Source: Lama guanicoe
Taxonomy: Eukaryota
Reading direction: 5' to 3'
NCBI GenBank assembly: GCA_013239625.1
Contig: MU053810.1
Coordinates: forward strand, 2,739,518 to 2,803,517
Length of the DNA stretch: 64,000 nucleotides
The notes beneath the pieces are model-generated. The model saw only the letters and a list, made by a program, of their open reading frames with translations. It was not told where the DNA came from and ran no database searches. A program made the position numbers and the translations under genes. Below, piece by piece: positions 1 through 14,060 of the stretch; the stretch's first letter is position 1, and each line of letters starts with the position of its first letter.

Positions 1-1794
1 TTGTACTGTTAAAATTGTATTTTTGAGTTTTTAATTTTATCTTTGAAGTACTAATCCATTTAGAAAACAAAGCTCTCATTTTCTTAAACTTCACAACACT
101 GGAGAATCTTTCCCTGCCTCTGTTAAGATATAGCAGAGAATGTGTTATGTTTTCATATCTGAGGTAATAATCTATAAAAATTTTAAAAGTTGAAATTTAA
201 AGATAGGGCCTTTAGGGTAATTAGGGTTTTTTTCATTGCAAGTAGTATGTGAATTGTATAAAATGTACCTTTAAAATATTGCATATACTGAATGTTTTAA
301 AGTATTCGCCACATGATAGTTTTTAACACCAGCTGTAAAAACAAAAATGTGCAGAAAGAAGACAGATGGTGACAGATCAGAATGGATAATAAAGAACTTC
401 TTTATAGTTGCTAATTAAGTGGCAAATTGCAGTTATCCTTAAATGATTGATGTAATGTAAATTGCTTCTTAATACGTGTTTTTTATATATAGGTCTGAAA
501 ATGCTCACATAGGTACAAATAATTTTGTAAATAAGTAAGACTGATATTTTCTTGAAAGAGTTAAAATTTACAACTATTAATGTTTCTTTAATGAGCCATT
601 TCAGAAGAGCTTAAAATTTAAAAATCAGAACCTCGAGCCTTTAGTTAAAAAGAAATCATTTCTTGCATGTGAGGAACATCTTTGTAAATGTTTAGGTGCA
701 TTAATGTGTAATTACTTAATGAATATGCTCTGCAATAAAATTTAACAGTTAGCTTGAAATTTCCTTTCTACTGCAACAGAACACATTATTTTGAGCTTTT
801 GTTTCTAAATGCATTAGTTAAAAATATGATAGTTTAGTTTTATGAAACACATTAGATGTGTGGTCAAAACTGTAAACACTTGTTACTTCATTTGGCAGGC
901 ATGATGAGAGGGTTTGGTGAAGTGGGATGGTGGTCCGAACTGTTGTTTGATTACACCCATGTTATTTTTTACCAGGTATTAAGAGGTTCCTATATGGCAT
1001 AATGACACAGTGGGCTACTGGTAGTCTTTAACTGAAGAGTAGTGAGAGAATAAGCAGTTGTGAAAGATTCATGAACAGTGCCTCTCTTATGATTTTACTT
1101 TCATAAAGCAGTAGCAGAATGTTAGTGGCTGGACTCTTTATGCAGCTCCTTGGAAGTGTACTGTGAAAATATGAGGTGTATAGATTAGGTTCCGTGTGAT
1201 CATCATCATTCTGTCAAAACCCATGTTTTGCTGGAGTAGATATAGCTGAATGATAACATTCGCCAACATTATCTTGAAGTTAAAACTCAGAACTTATGAC
1301 TTAAGCAACATCATTTGGTTCTTACTGTATGTTAGGTGCATTTATAATGATCTTCAGTAATTGAAAAAGGAAATTCCCCAAGCCATTCAGAGTTTAGTCA
1401 TAGTTTTTTCAAAGTCTCCTTGAGACTTCAGTCCTTCCTCAAGCATTAACAGGGCATTGGGGGAGAACTGAGGAATGCTGCCATGGTAAAAGGTAGGTTA
1501 AACAAAGCATATCTTAATACATCTTGGTATCTGTGTAAGTAATAGCTTGTAAGTCAATTATTATTCAGTTTAATAACTATAAAATGACAGGCATTTTTAT
1601 AGATAAATTTATAGATAAATTTGATTTTAGTAGTAACCTTTTAAAAAATCTGGCTTTGTTACATACTGATGTCCTAAGTTTTACAGTTTTTTCATCCTTT
1701 CTTTTTGATGATTGTATCATTTTTACTGCTCATGGGAACTTTCGCATCCAATTTTTTCTTTTCCTACCCCATTTTTTTTTTTCCCCTACTACAG

Positions 1795-2364
1795 GCAGTT
1801 TTTCAGGAACTCCAGGCAGTGTAAAATCATCTTCGGGAAGTTCAGTACAGTCTCCCCAGGATTTCTTGAGCTTTACAGACTCAGATCTGCGTAATGACAG
1901 TTACACTCACTCCCAACAGTCATCATCAACCAAAGATGTACATAAAGGAGAGTCTGGAAGCCAGGAAGGGGGGGTAAATAGTTTTAGTTCCATAATTGGT
2001 CTTCCTTCAACCTCAGCTGTTATTTCACAGCCTAAAAGCTTTGAAAATTCACCTGGAGATTTGGGTAATTCCAGCCTTCCTACAGCAGGATATAAGCGGG
2101 CTCAAACTTCTGGCATAGAAGAAGAAACTGTAAAGGAAAAGAAAAGAAAAGGAAATAAGCAAAGTAAGCATGGGCCTGGTAGACCCAAAGGAAACAAAAA
2201 TCAAGAGAATGTTTCTCATCTCTCAGTTTCTTCTGCTTCACCAACGTCATCTGTAGCATCAGCTGCAGGAAGTGTAACCAGCTCTAGTCTCCAGAAATCC
2301 CCCACGCCGCTCAGGAATGGGAGCGTCCAGAGCCTTAGTGTGGGCTCCTCTCCACTTGGCTCAG
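1795..2364 (+). CDS. MLLT10: MLLT10/AF10 coding exon (570 nt, phase 1-1; about human exon 11): GSFSGTPGSV...KEKKRKGNKQSKHGPGRPKGNK...VGSSPLGS, with basic NLS-like stretch and AT-hook
   Basis: Polypyrimidine tract then ACAG| at 1794, TCAG|GTAGGC donor at 2365. Translation matches the AF10 sequence as I recall it. GRP AT-hook core present. Confidence 0.97.
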
Positions 2365-2980
2365 GTAGGCGTTGTCCCTTGTTTCCTCCCTTCTGACCAA
2401 GCAGATTGATTTTAAGCTATCATTATGGTAATACTGTGAGGTGCTAAGTGACCTTTAATTATCTTAATGGAAAAAAAAAGTGTTAATGATCTTAGAAATA
2501 CAATTTGGTATTTGGAAAAGATATTTGGCACTAATCCGATGTTACTTTACTAAATATAGACTAAATCATTTATTGGTCATTCATTTCTTATGAAACATCT
2601 AGAATTAATTTCCCATTTTTGTGTTTTCTTTCTTTGCATACTATTTTTAAAATCAACTCAGAATTCACATTTAAAGTGTGAGTGGTTTTGCACTGTTTTT
2701 GATTGGTGTTTGTTTTTGGTCTTCCTTTATCTAAACTTCAGTTAGTCTTCATTTTCTCGACAGTTCCTCACACAAAATCTGCTTGAATTAACTCAGTCTG
2801 GAATATTTTCCAGTCAGTGACAATTGATTTAAATTTATGAACTTTAAAAATCACATTTTACTTCAGGAGATACCTGAAATGATTTATATTCTTTTTGTTT
2901 TCTTTTTTTTTATTCTTTTTTTTTTCAACTGTGTTCACCATTTTTTTTACCATTATCTTTATTATAGTATGAATGAATTT

Positions 2981-3231
2981 TTAAAAATCTTTTTATATAA
3001 TTTTTAAAGGTTACACTCCATTATATAGTTATTATAAAATGTTGGCTATATTCCCTGTGAAACGTGTCTTGCACCCAAGTTGGTACCTTCCACCCCTACT
3101 CCTCTATTGCCCCTGCCTCCACCACCACCACTAGCTTGTTCTCTATATCCGTGAGTCTGTTTCCTTTTTTGTTATATTCTGTAGTTTGTTGTGTTTTTTA
3201 CATTCTACATATAAGTGATATCATACAGTAT
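2981..3231 (-). mobile_element. 5'-truncated L1 3' end with target-site duplication
   Basis: Antisense L1 3'UTR-type text (ttggctatattccctgtg...catataagtgatatcatacagta), flanked by TGAATGAATTT at 2970-2980 and 3232-3242. Confidence 0.75.
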
Positions 3232-3499
3232 TGAATGAATTTATGTATATGTTGTTATTCACAACCTTGGAATGCTTCATTTACCTGTACTTTATAGTAC
3301 AGGCATTATTTCCAATGTTTAAAAATTCTAAGATACGTTTTTAGGTAGAAAAATGATAAACTATTTAAATTTTGTGAATATAAAATTTTGGATTCTTTTA
3401 GAGTTGTGCAGATATTAATTTCAGTAAGTAAACACAAGAAAGGCCATTATAAGAGAGAAAGGATCATGTTGTAAAGGTTAGATGTTTAAAAAATAACTA

Positions 3500-3655
3500 T
3501 TAACTACCATTTGTTTTGTGTCAGGGTCTGTTAAGTGCTTTGTATTGTTCTGTTTAATTCTCAGAACAGTTTTATGAAGGGCTATTAATGCCCCTATTTT
3601 ACAGCTGATAAAACTGAGGCTCAGGTAAAATAAGTTGCCCAAGATTACAAGGCCA
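3500..3655 (-). mobile_element. MIR SINE
   Basis: MIR core cccctattttacagctgataaaactgaggctcag...gttgcccaagattacaa. Confidence 0.75.
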
Positions 3656-3816
3656 GGGATTTCTTTCTCTTTTTATTTCTCATAACTAGCTTCAGTGCCT
3701 GTGGTAGACCCGTTTGACAAGTTTTTTTGTTTGTTTGTTTGTTTGGTTTTTTTTTGAGAAATGAGTGGAAACTGTGGAAGGATTGTTTCATTAGTAGCAT
3801 TACAGATGGTTTAGAG

Positions 3817-4031
3817 CAGTGTTCCTCAGTCTCGGCACTGTTGACATTGTAGTTGGGCTAATTCTCTGTTGTGCAGTGCTGTCCTGTGCCTTGTAGGATG
3901 TTTATCAGGATTCTGAGACTGTACCCACTGGATGCCAATAGCACCCAAGATGCCAATCACCCCTAGTGATAATCAAAAAGTGTTCAGGTTGGGAGGGGGT
4001 GGCAGTATTGCCCTTGGTTGAGAAAACATTG
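3817..4031. mobile_element. MER20-like hAT-Charlie DNA transposon
   Basis: Termini cagtgttcctca / ttgagaaaacattg, internal ggcactgttgacatt...cccactggatgccaatagcacc. Confidence 0.8.
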
Positions 4032-6698
4032 TTTTAAGGAAAAAAAAAAATTGTAGTGAGAAGTAAGTTCATTGAAAAGATTTTAATATATTGCACACTT
4101 GAATATACATTTTATTTATGTATTTCCTTTGAGACCAGAAGAGTTAGCAATTAGCCATTAAACCCTAGTCAGCAAAAAATAAATTTAGACAAATTTCCTC
4201 AGAAAAAAATTTGATTCACACCTATTTTCAGAAAGTAGCACAATAATCAGATAAGTAATATCCAGTGACTATTAAAGGTTGTAAGTTTTGGCTTGTAGAT
4301 TATATTATACTTTTGTTTGAATTCTTTCCTGCATATACTCTTTTGTGATCTTAAGATGTAGGCACCTGTTTTTTTGAAACTTCAAAAATTAGGACTTTGG
4401 AAACATTGAAAATTTTGGAAGAGTTGACAAGCTGTGTTTCTCCTTTTCCATTTTCCTGTTTATCTCAACCACAATAGGAGAGTATATGATTTACTAAAGT
4501 GAAAGTTAGGATTTTTTTCTTCACAAAAATCAACATCTTGTTATTTTCTCTGAGAAAAATCTGATATTAGTTAAATGATAAGAGTTGATGGTTTAGCAAT
4601 AATTCCTTTTCTTTGGACGTGTGCTCTGTCCTTTTAAAGTATATGGTTCCCTGTTTTTAAAAATCTTAGTCTCTAGTTCATTAATAGAATGCTGCCATAC
4701 CTTTCTCAGTGAAGATACCTGAAATCTGTTTCAGTGATGGAATTCTTTAGTGGTGATAAATGCTACAAAAGAAAATTCTGGAAAGGCACTCCTTTGGTTG
4801 TGACTATTCTTACAGATTTCACAGAGATGAGTTATTAATGTGAATAGATCACTTCAGTTGAAGTTTCTTCTGGCTTCTACTGAAATGTGAAGGTTATGAA
4901 AATTTAGCTTGAGTCTGTATAACTATGAAGAGGATCTTGTTAAATATATCCCTATTTATGTCATCTATTTATGTTGCTGAAGTGAAACTGAGAAGCCTTT
5001 ACCAGGTAAAATATTTCAATTAGAAATAGACTGATTCTGTAAACAAATAAGGGAACCATAAAGATAAAATATTAATTCAGTAAACTCATGAGTATAGTTA
5101 CTAATATAGAACTGTAAATATACTTCTAAAATATAATTCACATTTATCTTAATGACTCAGGTTCATGATTTTATATACATTGATTATATTGGGTTATAAA
5201 TGAAAATCACAAAGGATATTGGGTGCTGCTAAATGAAGACCAGGATATACCTTGGAATTTGCTTTCTTAGAAAACCCCTTGATTTTGTTTTGGTCTTTGT
5301 GGATCTGAAAATTTGTTGGCCCTGTATCATGACTGTGTTTCTGTAAAAGTAGTATGTCAAAAACCAAAATAGCCATATTTGGTTTTTTCCCCCATTGAAA
5401 ATACCCTACTGTTGTGAGTGTCCTTTGATTATTTTTCAGCACCATTCCAAACAGCTGCCATTTCTCTATAATGTAACATGTCAATCTCTTCAGTAGCCCT
5501 AACTTCCTTTTAATATCTGACTCGTATTGCTTTTGTTAATGAAGCGTTAAGGTGACAGATTCTCCCACCATGACTCTCTTTCGAGGGTCATCTGGAAAGG
5601 ACTTAAACTAAACTGGTCTAAATGTTTGATTTTTTTTTTTTAAAGCAGTATCTAATGTCAGGTTCTTTTAACAGTACAGTTGTTGGAAGTGAGTGCTGGC
5701 TTGCTCTATCTTGCTTTTTCTTTCTTCTTAATTTCAAGTTTTTCAAAGTGGGCCAGTGATTAGACTTGGCTTCTGAGGTACATATGTGGGTAGATGTGTG
5801 AGTAGGGGTTGCCTGGAAGGCTCTGTTGTACATGTGGTTCCTACAGGTCATGATTTTGCTTAAGTAATAACCAGAGAATTTCCAGATATCTTTCCTTAAA
5901 AAAATTTGGCAGTAGTGTTAGCCACAAGGGAATACCAGTTATTTCCAGGATTAGCAGGCCAGGTCTTTTGAGTCACAGCGTTAGTCCTTGTTTTAGCAAT
6001 CATTTTTTCTTTTGAAATGTCATACAGAGATTTATTTCCCATTTTCCAAGCATATTTTGCTTTTATCAGTGTTCTTTTGCCTCGTGTCACCCTCTGCTCA
6101 TTCTCTCGTTTGGGTGGAGTAATAATAAGAGTAATGGCTTATTCATTCATTATCATTATCAAAAATGAAGGGTACAAGAAAGTAAGCTGAGTGTTGTTTA
6201 ATGAGTTTTATACCATTATGTTTGTCATAATGGAGTTCTGATCAGATGTAAACTAAATAATTTTCATAATTAAATTGTAATTTCTAACTGAATATAGCAT
6301 TCAAATGTTTTTGATACACTTCTCATCTAATGAATTAAATAAAACATACTAGTTTATCACATTGCCTAACTCTACTTCTTCATGGTAGTGAATCCATTTA
6401 CCCATAGACATTCGCCATGCAGAGACATTTGTAAGGACTTAAGTCTTTTCCTCATTCTTTGCACACACGTGTGCACACACATATTCCCACACTGTCCTGT
6501 GAAGGTATGTGAGAATTCCATCATGTTTGATCCTCCTACCCCTCACGTCCCAATTACTGGCTTATAATTTCTATTGCTGCAGTTCTATTTGCCCTTCTCA
6601 GCTAGACTTTTAGGTGAATGTTTTCCTATTTTTCTGTTCTTTTCTACCCTTGAGTCACTGGCAACTTTGCTGATTTCCTTTCTCCTCCTTCCCAACAG

Positions 6699-6743
6699 AA
6701 ATTTCCATGCAGTATCGGCATGATGGAGCTTGTCCAACAACTA
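6699..6743 (+). CDS. MLLT10: MLLT10 mini-exon (45 nt): (E)ISMQYRHDGACPTT
   Basis: ttcctttctcctccttcccaacAG| acceptor, |GTAAGT donor. Continues the frame and gives a recognisable AF10 peptide. Confidence 0.96.
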
Positions 6744-7591
6744 GTAAGTTGTAGAACTGGGTTGGTAACCCAGGCTTTTTGATTCCTACTCTAGTGCTTT
6801 TTCTAGAAAATTGTGCCACCTCTGAACCTTTAAATTTTAATTTTCTTAAATGTAGTTGGTTCTTAATTGAATAGATTTCTTTCTTCTACAAAGATAGCGT
6901 AACTTGCTGCTTTGTCTTGTGTTCAGGGTCCATATTACAGTCAGATTGTGACCAAATTTTGATAATTGCTGGCCTTTTAACATGATGCTTCCATTGCAGA
7001 ATTGGGATTTCTGTTTTCTAATGAAGTAATATCTTCAGTGTTTTGGTTTTCATTAATCTTAATGTTAATATTTTTACATTGCTGTTAGAAGCTTTTTTGC
7101 TTAGACCTCTCCATTTGTTGAGACTATTATATTAAAGTCTAGGAAATGAGAACGTTTGATCAGATTAGGTGATAAAGTGAGGTTTTTCATTATAATACGT
7201 ATTACTAAGTATGACCAAAGGTGGATTTACCTATACAGAATTGTATCTTACAGATACTGATTTTCAGCAAGAAAGACATTACATGGACTGCAAAATATCT
7301 TTTAAAAGTAATTTTACATACATATTTATGACTAAGGAAATTTGTCATCATTATGACAATATATCTGACATATTTAATTTAGTAGGTAATATATTGGCAG
7401 ATGAAGTGCAATATTTAGAAATTTATAACGTGTAAAAATTGAGCCACGCTTGAAGTTTTAATGATTTAAGCAATGATACATGATAGACTTAATTGAGATT
7501 TTATTATACTGATTCAGTCTATGCCTGTGTATTTCTTTTTGTGTGTTTGAGAATGATCTTAACCTGAAGTCCTTTTTTCCTTACTTAAAAG

Positions 7592-7624
7592 CTTTCTCAG
7601 AGTTGCTGAATGCAATACACAATG
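7592..7624 (+). CDS. MLLT10: MLLT10 mini-exon (33 nt): (T)FSELLNAIHN(G)
   Basis: ttttttccttacttaaaAG| acceptor, G|GTAAGT donor. In frame, AF10 peptide. Confidence 0.95.
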
Positions 7625-9169
7625 GTAAGTTTTATTAGACTCTTCTCTGGTGGTTCATTTATTACAAAGGTTTCCTTTTACAGAAGATCCCATTTGAAAG
7701 CTTGCATGTTCTATTGATGAGATGAAATCCAGTTCTGGGTCAGTTGTTCAGCACTTTAGTGAAAATGTGCCTACAGGAGGGTAGTAGGTCAATATAGTTC
7801 ATCAGCTGGGCTTTTATTGTCTCTTTGTAAGACAGAATGGTGATAGTGTTGTTTTAACTTTGTTAAAGTCTTTTCTCTTTTTTTGCAAATGTTTTTTTCA
7901 GGTTCTTTTGAGCTCTCTCTTCCCAGTGCAGTTAGTAATTGGTACTTATGTCAGGAATTTGCTGTTTTCTTCCACAACAGGGAACTTGAATCTTATTTTT
8001 GGAATAAAAAAAAAATAACGTATGGAGTACTTTTTTTCTACCTCTCTATCCATTTGGTGAATAAACAGAAGATAGCCTTTTATGTTATGCATAATTTGGG
8101 ACCAGATTTTTATAGGGAAGTTGCACCTTCTGCTACTTTAGGATTGGGTTCTGAAATCAGGATTTAAGGCAAATGCTATCATTTTTTAACTTTTAAGATA
8201 TAATGAAGATTATTTTTGCAAAAATGAGAGTTTCTTCAGTTCGAAAAACTTTTCTTAGGTCTCTGGTGTCCAAAAAAACCTCTTCTGAATGTAGTGTCAT
8301 CTTTGTTGATTTTCTTTTTTAGTTATTAACTGACAGCTCTTATTTGTTCAAGATCGTTTGTATGATTCCAAGCAGTTATCCTAACACATTCTCATTAAGT
8401 TTATGAAATCATGCATATTTTGCTAATGTAGTTTAATTTGCAATCGATTTACATTGTGTTTGGATTATATTGTCGGATGTTTACAAATCTATAGCCAGCA
8501 GGAAACAATGGTGTGATGAGCAGACCTGGACACTGTGTTGATTTGATGGTGGCGGGATGGTCAGGATGGGAACCCATAATGAGCATTTTATTAATGGGTA
8601 CTTTTTTTTAATAACTTTTCCTTCCATGTATAACCTGGAACTGCAGAGTCTTAGGATGAATACTCCAGATAACAATGAACTCTTGAATATTAGGTATCTA
8701 AAAGAAAAGTAATTAGCATTCTTAAAAATAAACCGAACTTGTTACCGTTCTTTGGTAAGAAAGTATAAAAACTGAAGAGATTTAACATCGTTTTCAGTTT
8801 GCATAGGTAAATTTAGACTTGCTGTTTAATTTTGGAGTTTTAGGATTTGGAGACATGATCACAGTTTGAAAAGTGTACTTGGAGTAAAAAAAAAAAAGAT
8901 TGGGGAGCCACATAAATCCTTTGCTGTTATTAACTAACAAAAGTACTGGGTTGTATTAATTTAATGGAACAGTTGTCATGTTTCTCTGCATGGTTGAATG
9001 AAATTAATGGCATGGGATTAATATAATCAACACAGGTTTTCTGTAATATTTGGAGTTATACAAGATTGTGTTTGAGAGAGAACTCTATAACAGTGCAGTC
9101 AGGTAACTTGAGTATCCCTAGTCACGTAATATAGAGAAATGGAATAAGTAATAGACTTGCATATTTTTT

Positions 9170-10003
9170 CTTTTTTTTTTTTAATGATTTATTTTATAAA
9201 GAAGTTTGTACTTTTGACCCCATCACCCATCCCAGCCATCCCCTGTCCCCCAGCCCGCCTTAGGCAACCACCAGTCTGCTCTCTACATCCATGAGGTCCA
9301 TAAGTTTGTTTTTATTTTAAAGATTTCACATGTAAATGAGATCATATGGTATTTAGGTATTTATCTTTTTCTGTCTGACTTACTTAACTTAGCATAATGA
9401 CCTCAAGGTCCATCCATGTTGTTTCAAAAGGCAAGATTCTTTTCTTTTTTATGGTTGAATACCCCTCCCCACCATATGTGTGTGCGCACGTGTATACATA
9501 CCACGGTTTCTTTATCTGTTCATCCATTGATGGACATTTAGGTTGGTTGTTATGAATAATGCCACAGTGAATATGGTGGTACATGTATCTTTTTGAATTA
9601 GCATTTTTGTTTTCTTTGGTTAAATACCCAGAGGTGGAATTGCCGATCTATATGGTAGGGTTTTTTTTTTAAAGGAAACTCCAAACCATCATGGACGCAC
9701 CAATTTATATTCCCACCAACAAGTGTTCTCTTTTCTCCACATTCTGACCAATATTTTTTATTTTTTATATTTTTTGGTAATAGCTATTCTTACAGATGTG
9801 CGTCGTTATCTTCTTGTGACTTTGATCTGCGTTTCCCTGGTGATTAATGATGTTGAGCATCTTTTCATGCATCTGTGGTGGTCATCTATATTCTTTGGAA
9901 AAATTTTCAGATCCTCTACCCATTTTTTAATCGGATTGCTCCCCCACCCCTTAAATTGTAGGAGTTCTTTATATATTTTGGATATTTATTAACCCCTTAT
10001 CAG
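9170..10003 (-). mobile_element. L1 (L1MA-type) 3' end / ORF2 C-terminal remnant
   Basis: Poly-T head. Minus-strand translation resembles the ORF2 C-terminus (QPKCPSMDEQIKK..., LPFETTWMDLEVIMLS). Confidence 0.88.
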
Positions 10004-10006
10004 ATG

Positions 10007-10245
10007 CAGTTGACCCTTGAACAGTTGAAACAACTTGGAGCTAGGGGTGTGGGCCGCCGAGCAGCTGAAGATCAGGTCCTGCTGCCTCTGGTGCAGCAGC
10101 ATCTCAGTCAGAGTCGAGACTCAGGCTTGGATTTACATGAGTCTGTGCACGGTGGCCTTGAAGGGCACACAACCTTTCCCCTGCGCTTAAAACTCTGTAA
10201 GATAAAAGTACAGGTACTATATTTATCGAGAAAAAAAATCCACTA
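10007..10245. mobile_element. Tigger2-family (TcMar) derivative, right end truncated
   Basis: Begins with the TIR CAGTTGACCCTTGAACA. Ends in a Tigger2/MER8-like subterminal gtactatatttatcgagaaaaaaaatccac with no right TIR. Confidence 0.6.
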
Positions 10246-10899
10246 CACAAATGTATCTAAATTAAATATCTAGAAATGGAGAGCTTATCCTCAATTGTCT
10301 GGGTGGACCAGTCTAATTATCACACATTTACTTTCAGGTATCTTTTTTTTTTTCCCACCCAAATAATCCTTCCTCCCTCCCTTCTTCTCTCTCTGCGTCC
10401 CTTCCCTTTATTTTACCCAGAGTGCAGTTACCAGATTGTATGGTAGTTACAGTTTTTATTTTACTTTTCAATTATAAAAATGCTTCAAATTTATAGAGAG
10501 GTACAGACATCATGGATTTATTACAGATATGCCCCTGTTCATATTTTGCCATATTTTTATAGATCCCTTTTCAACTTTTATTATGAAATATTTGCTACAT
10601 TAAAAGCAGTATGTATAAATTATGTAGCACACACTTACAAAATGAAAACTCAGGAATTACCACCACTTTAAGAAATAGAATGTTACCAGCACTGTTGAAT
10701 TTAGTGCATGCTCTTCACTGTTGCATTCCTAGTGGTTAACTGCTGTCCTGAATTTTGTGTTTATCATTCCTTTGCTTTAATTGCTTTGCGTGTATGCATA
10801 AGATTATACTCCTTTATTTCATTTTCATGCTTCCTTCTCCTTTTTCAGAGCAAATGGTTCTCGTTCTACTTCTCCAGTATCTTATCTTTTCCCTCCAAT

Positions 10900-12370
10900 T
10901 TTTTAATGAAATAAAACTTATACAAATTAAAATTACAGTTTTAACTACTTAAGAGTATATAATTCAGAGGTTTTTGATACACAGTTGGCCCTTGAATTAC
11001 TTGGAGTTTAGGAACCTTGACCCCCTGCACATTTGAAAAATTCACGAGTAGTTTATAGTTGACCCTTCATAAACAAGTTTCCTTCGTATCGTTGGTTTCG
11101 ATCCATGGATTCAGCCAAATGAGGATCATGTAGTACTGCAGTATTTACTGCTGAAAACAATTCGTATATAACTGGACCCATGCAGTTCAAACCTGTGTTG
11201 TTCAAGGGTCAACTGTAACCACTATGTAATGCCAGAACATTTTTATCAATCCCACAATAAATTACATACATCCCAGTATGTTCCCCTCTCCTCCATACTT
11301 TGACAGTCAGTGATCTACTTTCTGTCTCTATGGATTTGTGTATTTTTGACATTCCACATAGAGAGATTTGTTTCTGGTTCCTCTTACTTAGAATAATGTT
11401 TTCCATATTTAAGCATAAGTTTTATCTATATTGTAGCATGTATCAGCACTTCATTCTTTTTTTTTTTAGTGACTGGATAATACACATTGTGCAGATATAT
11501 CACATTTGGTTTGTCCAATCTTCAGTTGATGGACATTTGAGTTGTTTCCACTTCTTGACTAGTGTGAATGAATCTGCTGTGAACATTCCCATGCAAGTTT
11601 TTAATGTGAAAATGTGTTTCTATTTGTTCAGAGTGTGTGACCTAAGAGCAGATGTGCTGGGTCATTATGGTAACTCTGTGTGTAACTTTTTGAGGAACTG
11701 CAAAACTCTTTTCCACAACAGCTGCACTATTTTACATTCCCATTAGCAGAATATGAGGTTCCAACTTCCGCTTCACCAAGACTTGTTGTATTCTGTTTTG
11801 TTGGGTTTTTTTTTTTCATAGTTATCCAAATGTGTATGAAGTGGTATCTCATTGTGGTTTTGAGTTGCATTTCCCTTATCCTTTATGACTTGTAAATTAG
11901 CATCTTTTCATGTTCTTATTGGTCATTGTATTTTTTTTGGAGAAAAATCTATATCTTCTTGCATCAGTTTTTGAAGTTTGAATGTTTTTAAGAATTTGCT
12001 CATTTTATCTGCATTTAAAAATTTTTTGGCATACAATTATTCGTAATATTCTCTTTATTATCTTTTTTTTGAGGGCGTGAGGTGGGTGGTAATATCTCCT
12101 TTTTATTTTTATTCTTAGTAGTCATTTGAGTCTTCTCTCCTTTTTCCTTTGTCAGTCCAAAATTTGGCAATTTTGTTCTTTTAAAGCAACTTACGATTTC
12201 ATTCATTTTCTTGTAGTTTTCCTGTTCATTTGTTCTATTTCTGCTGTTTATTTCTCCCTTCCTTCTGCTTGCTTTGTGTTTAGTTTGCTCTTTTTTCTAA
12301 TTTCTTAAGGTAGAAGGTTCGATGATTGAGTTCATATCTTTTTTTTGAAAGTAGACCTTTTCAGCAGTGT
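10900..12370 (-). mobile_element. Old L1 (L1MB/L1MC-type) fragments, interrupted by the MITE
   Basis: Typical antisense L1 text: gatggacatttgagttgtttccac, ggtaactctgtgtgtaactttttgaggaactgc, gtggtatctcattgtggtttt. Confidence 0.8.
10982..11215. mobile_element. MER8-like Tigger2 MITE nested in L1
   Basis: Inverted termini CAGTTGGCCCTTGAA / TTCAAGGGTCAACTG followed by TA, ~234 bp. Confidence 0.85.
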
Positions 12371-14060
12371 CTTTCTGAGAGTATGACAGTATCTTTTATG
12401 ATTTCTCCCTAATTATTTTATTCCCAGTATCTGCTCCTCTTACTTTTTTACTTCTTATCCTGTGCATATTCCATTGGAAAATATACATACATACAGTTTC
12501 AGCTGTCCTCTATATTCATTAGATTGCCAAATCTATGCCTCTAGTGTGGAATTTTTCTGGAGTTCCAGATTCATTCCCCACAACCTAATGAACCTCAGTT
12601 CTCCAAGGATGTTGAATGAATAAATGTTGTCAGTTACTACACAGTCCTTGAATAGCTTTTATGTATTCTTGGTAATGTGTTCATTTTCTTTGAAAATTAA
12701 ACTTTGCATTAGGCAGTCTTGTTTCTGTCAGAGAAGTAACTCGCTTCTTGCTGCAGTAATGGAGTTGCTTCAGCTGTTTGTCTTGGCCACTCTCACTTTT
12801 AATATAATTTTGAAATAGTAGATTAAAGTAGCTAAAGAGCTTAGATGTGTTTTCACCGCAGTATATTGCTAATTGATTTCTGTGACCCATTTACTATGCT
12901 TTTAAATTTCCTTTAATTATGGTGCTTATAATTTGTCATGACCGTACTCATTAAACAAATCTCATTTGATAGAGAAGGCCAAGTAATGTCAACCAATTAT
13001 TCATAGATACCTGCTACAGGATTGAGGAGAATATGAACACTAATTGATTTTAGGGGCATGAACATTCTTCCTTAAGAATGGGGTCCTACTCAGATTTTTT
13101 CATAATAGTTAGTAGGAAACTACATCTTTATTCTTCATGTGTGTCCCCTTTTCATTTCAGGGAAGAATTGAGATATGGGTAGAAGAACAGAGATGAGTAA
13201 TTCTCAGGCAGAATAGTTCTGCAGTCTATCTGTATAATCATTTGAAATTCACTGTGTGTGATGAGATATTACTGATGGGACAATTTGTCACTGTGAACAG
13301 TGTGGAAATTGAGAACAGTTGATCCTGGAACATTCTAGATCTAATTTGTTTTTAACCACAGAACACTTGTTTTTCATTCTTATTCAATTAGTTGTATGTT
13401 CTTTATTTTTATATAATAAATTGTTACATCTCAGATACAACAAGTACGACTGTTTCAGTATTTATTCTTGTGTAGGAAAGAATTTGACTAATACTGTATA
13501 GCCTTGCTAAGTGTAGTACAAGACCTATACTGTAGATAAGACAGTAAGAATTTTTCCATTTTAAAGCGTCCAGGCTACTTTGTCTCTGGGATCTCTATAA
13601 GTTCCTGAAAGATAAGCTTCAAAGACTCTGAAGTGATAAACACAGAAGGATATTAACATTTGGACGGTGAATCAGCCACTGGGGAGAAAAAGTAATTTTC
13701 AGTAAGCATGTTAACTACTTATAAAGCAAAGTGAATTTATAACCATCTCATTGAAACAGAACCTGAAAAGTTCTTACTGAATGAAGAAATTAGTATAAAT
13801 GGAAATGAATTTATAAGAATTACTTTAAAATTAATTAAATTGTAATGCCATTAATAATATCTCCAGTTAGGGTGCTATCTTTTTATTTTAGTTAAAAAAT
13901 AAATAAATTTATAATGACTTAAGAAATTTCTCTTTTTGGATTTGAACCCTGCTGATTTTCCTCCTCACAGTGTTCCTCATCGTTCCTCAACTTGTTTATC
14001 ATGGTAGTTTTTAGGAACTGGTTGTTAAAAATTCAAAATTAAAGTGTGTCTTTTCTTTAG

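Noticed and set aside
1584..1794. N-terminal 70 aa of the 270-aa ORF as protein-coding
   Set aside because: This is the Phe-rich translation of intronic polypyrimidine sequence. The AF10 match begins only after the AG at 1794.
9384..12308. ORFs 9384-9584, 11209-11406 and 11300-11746 as genes
   Set aside because: They are translations of degenerate L1 sequence.
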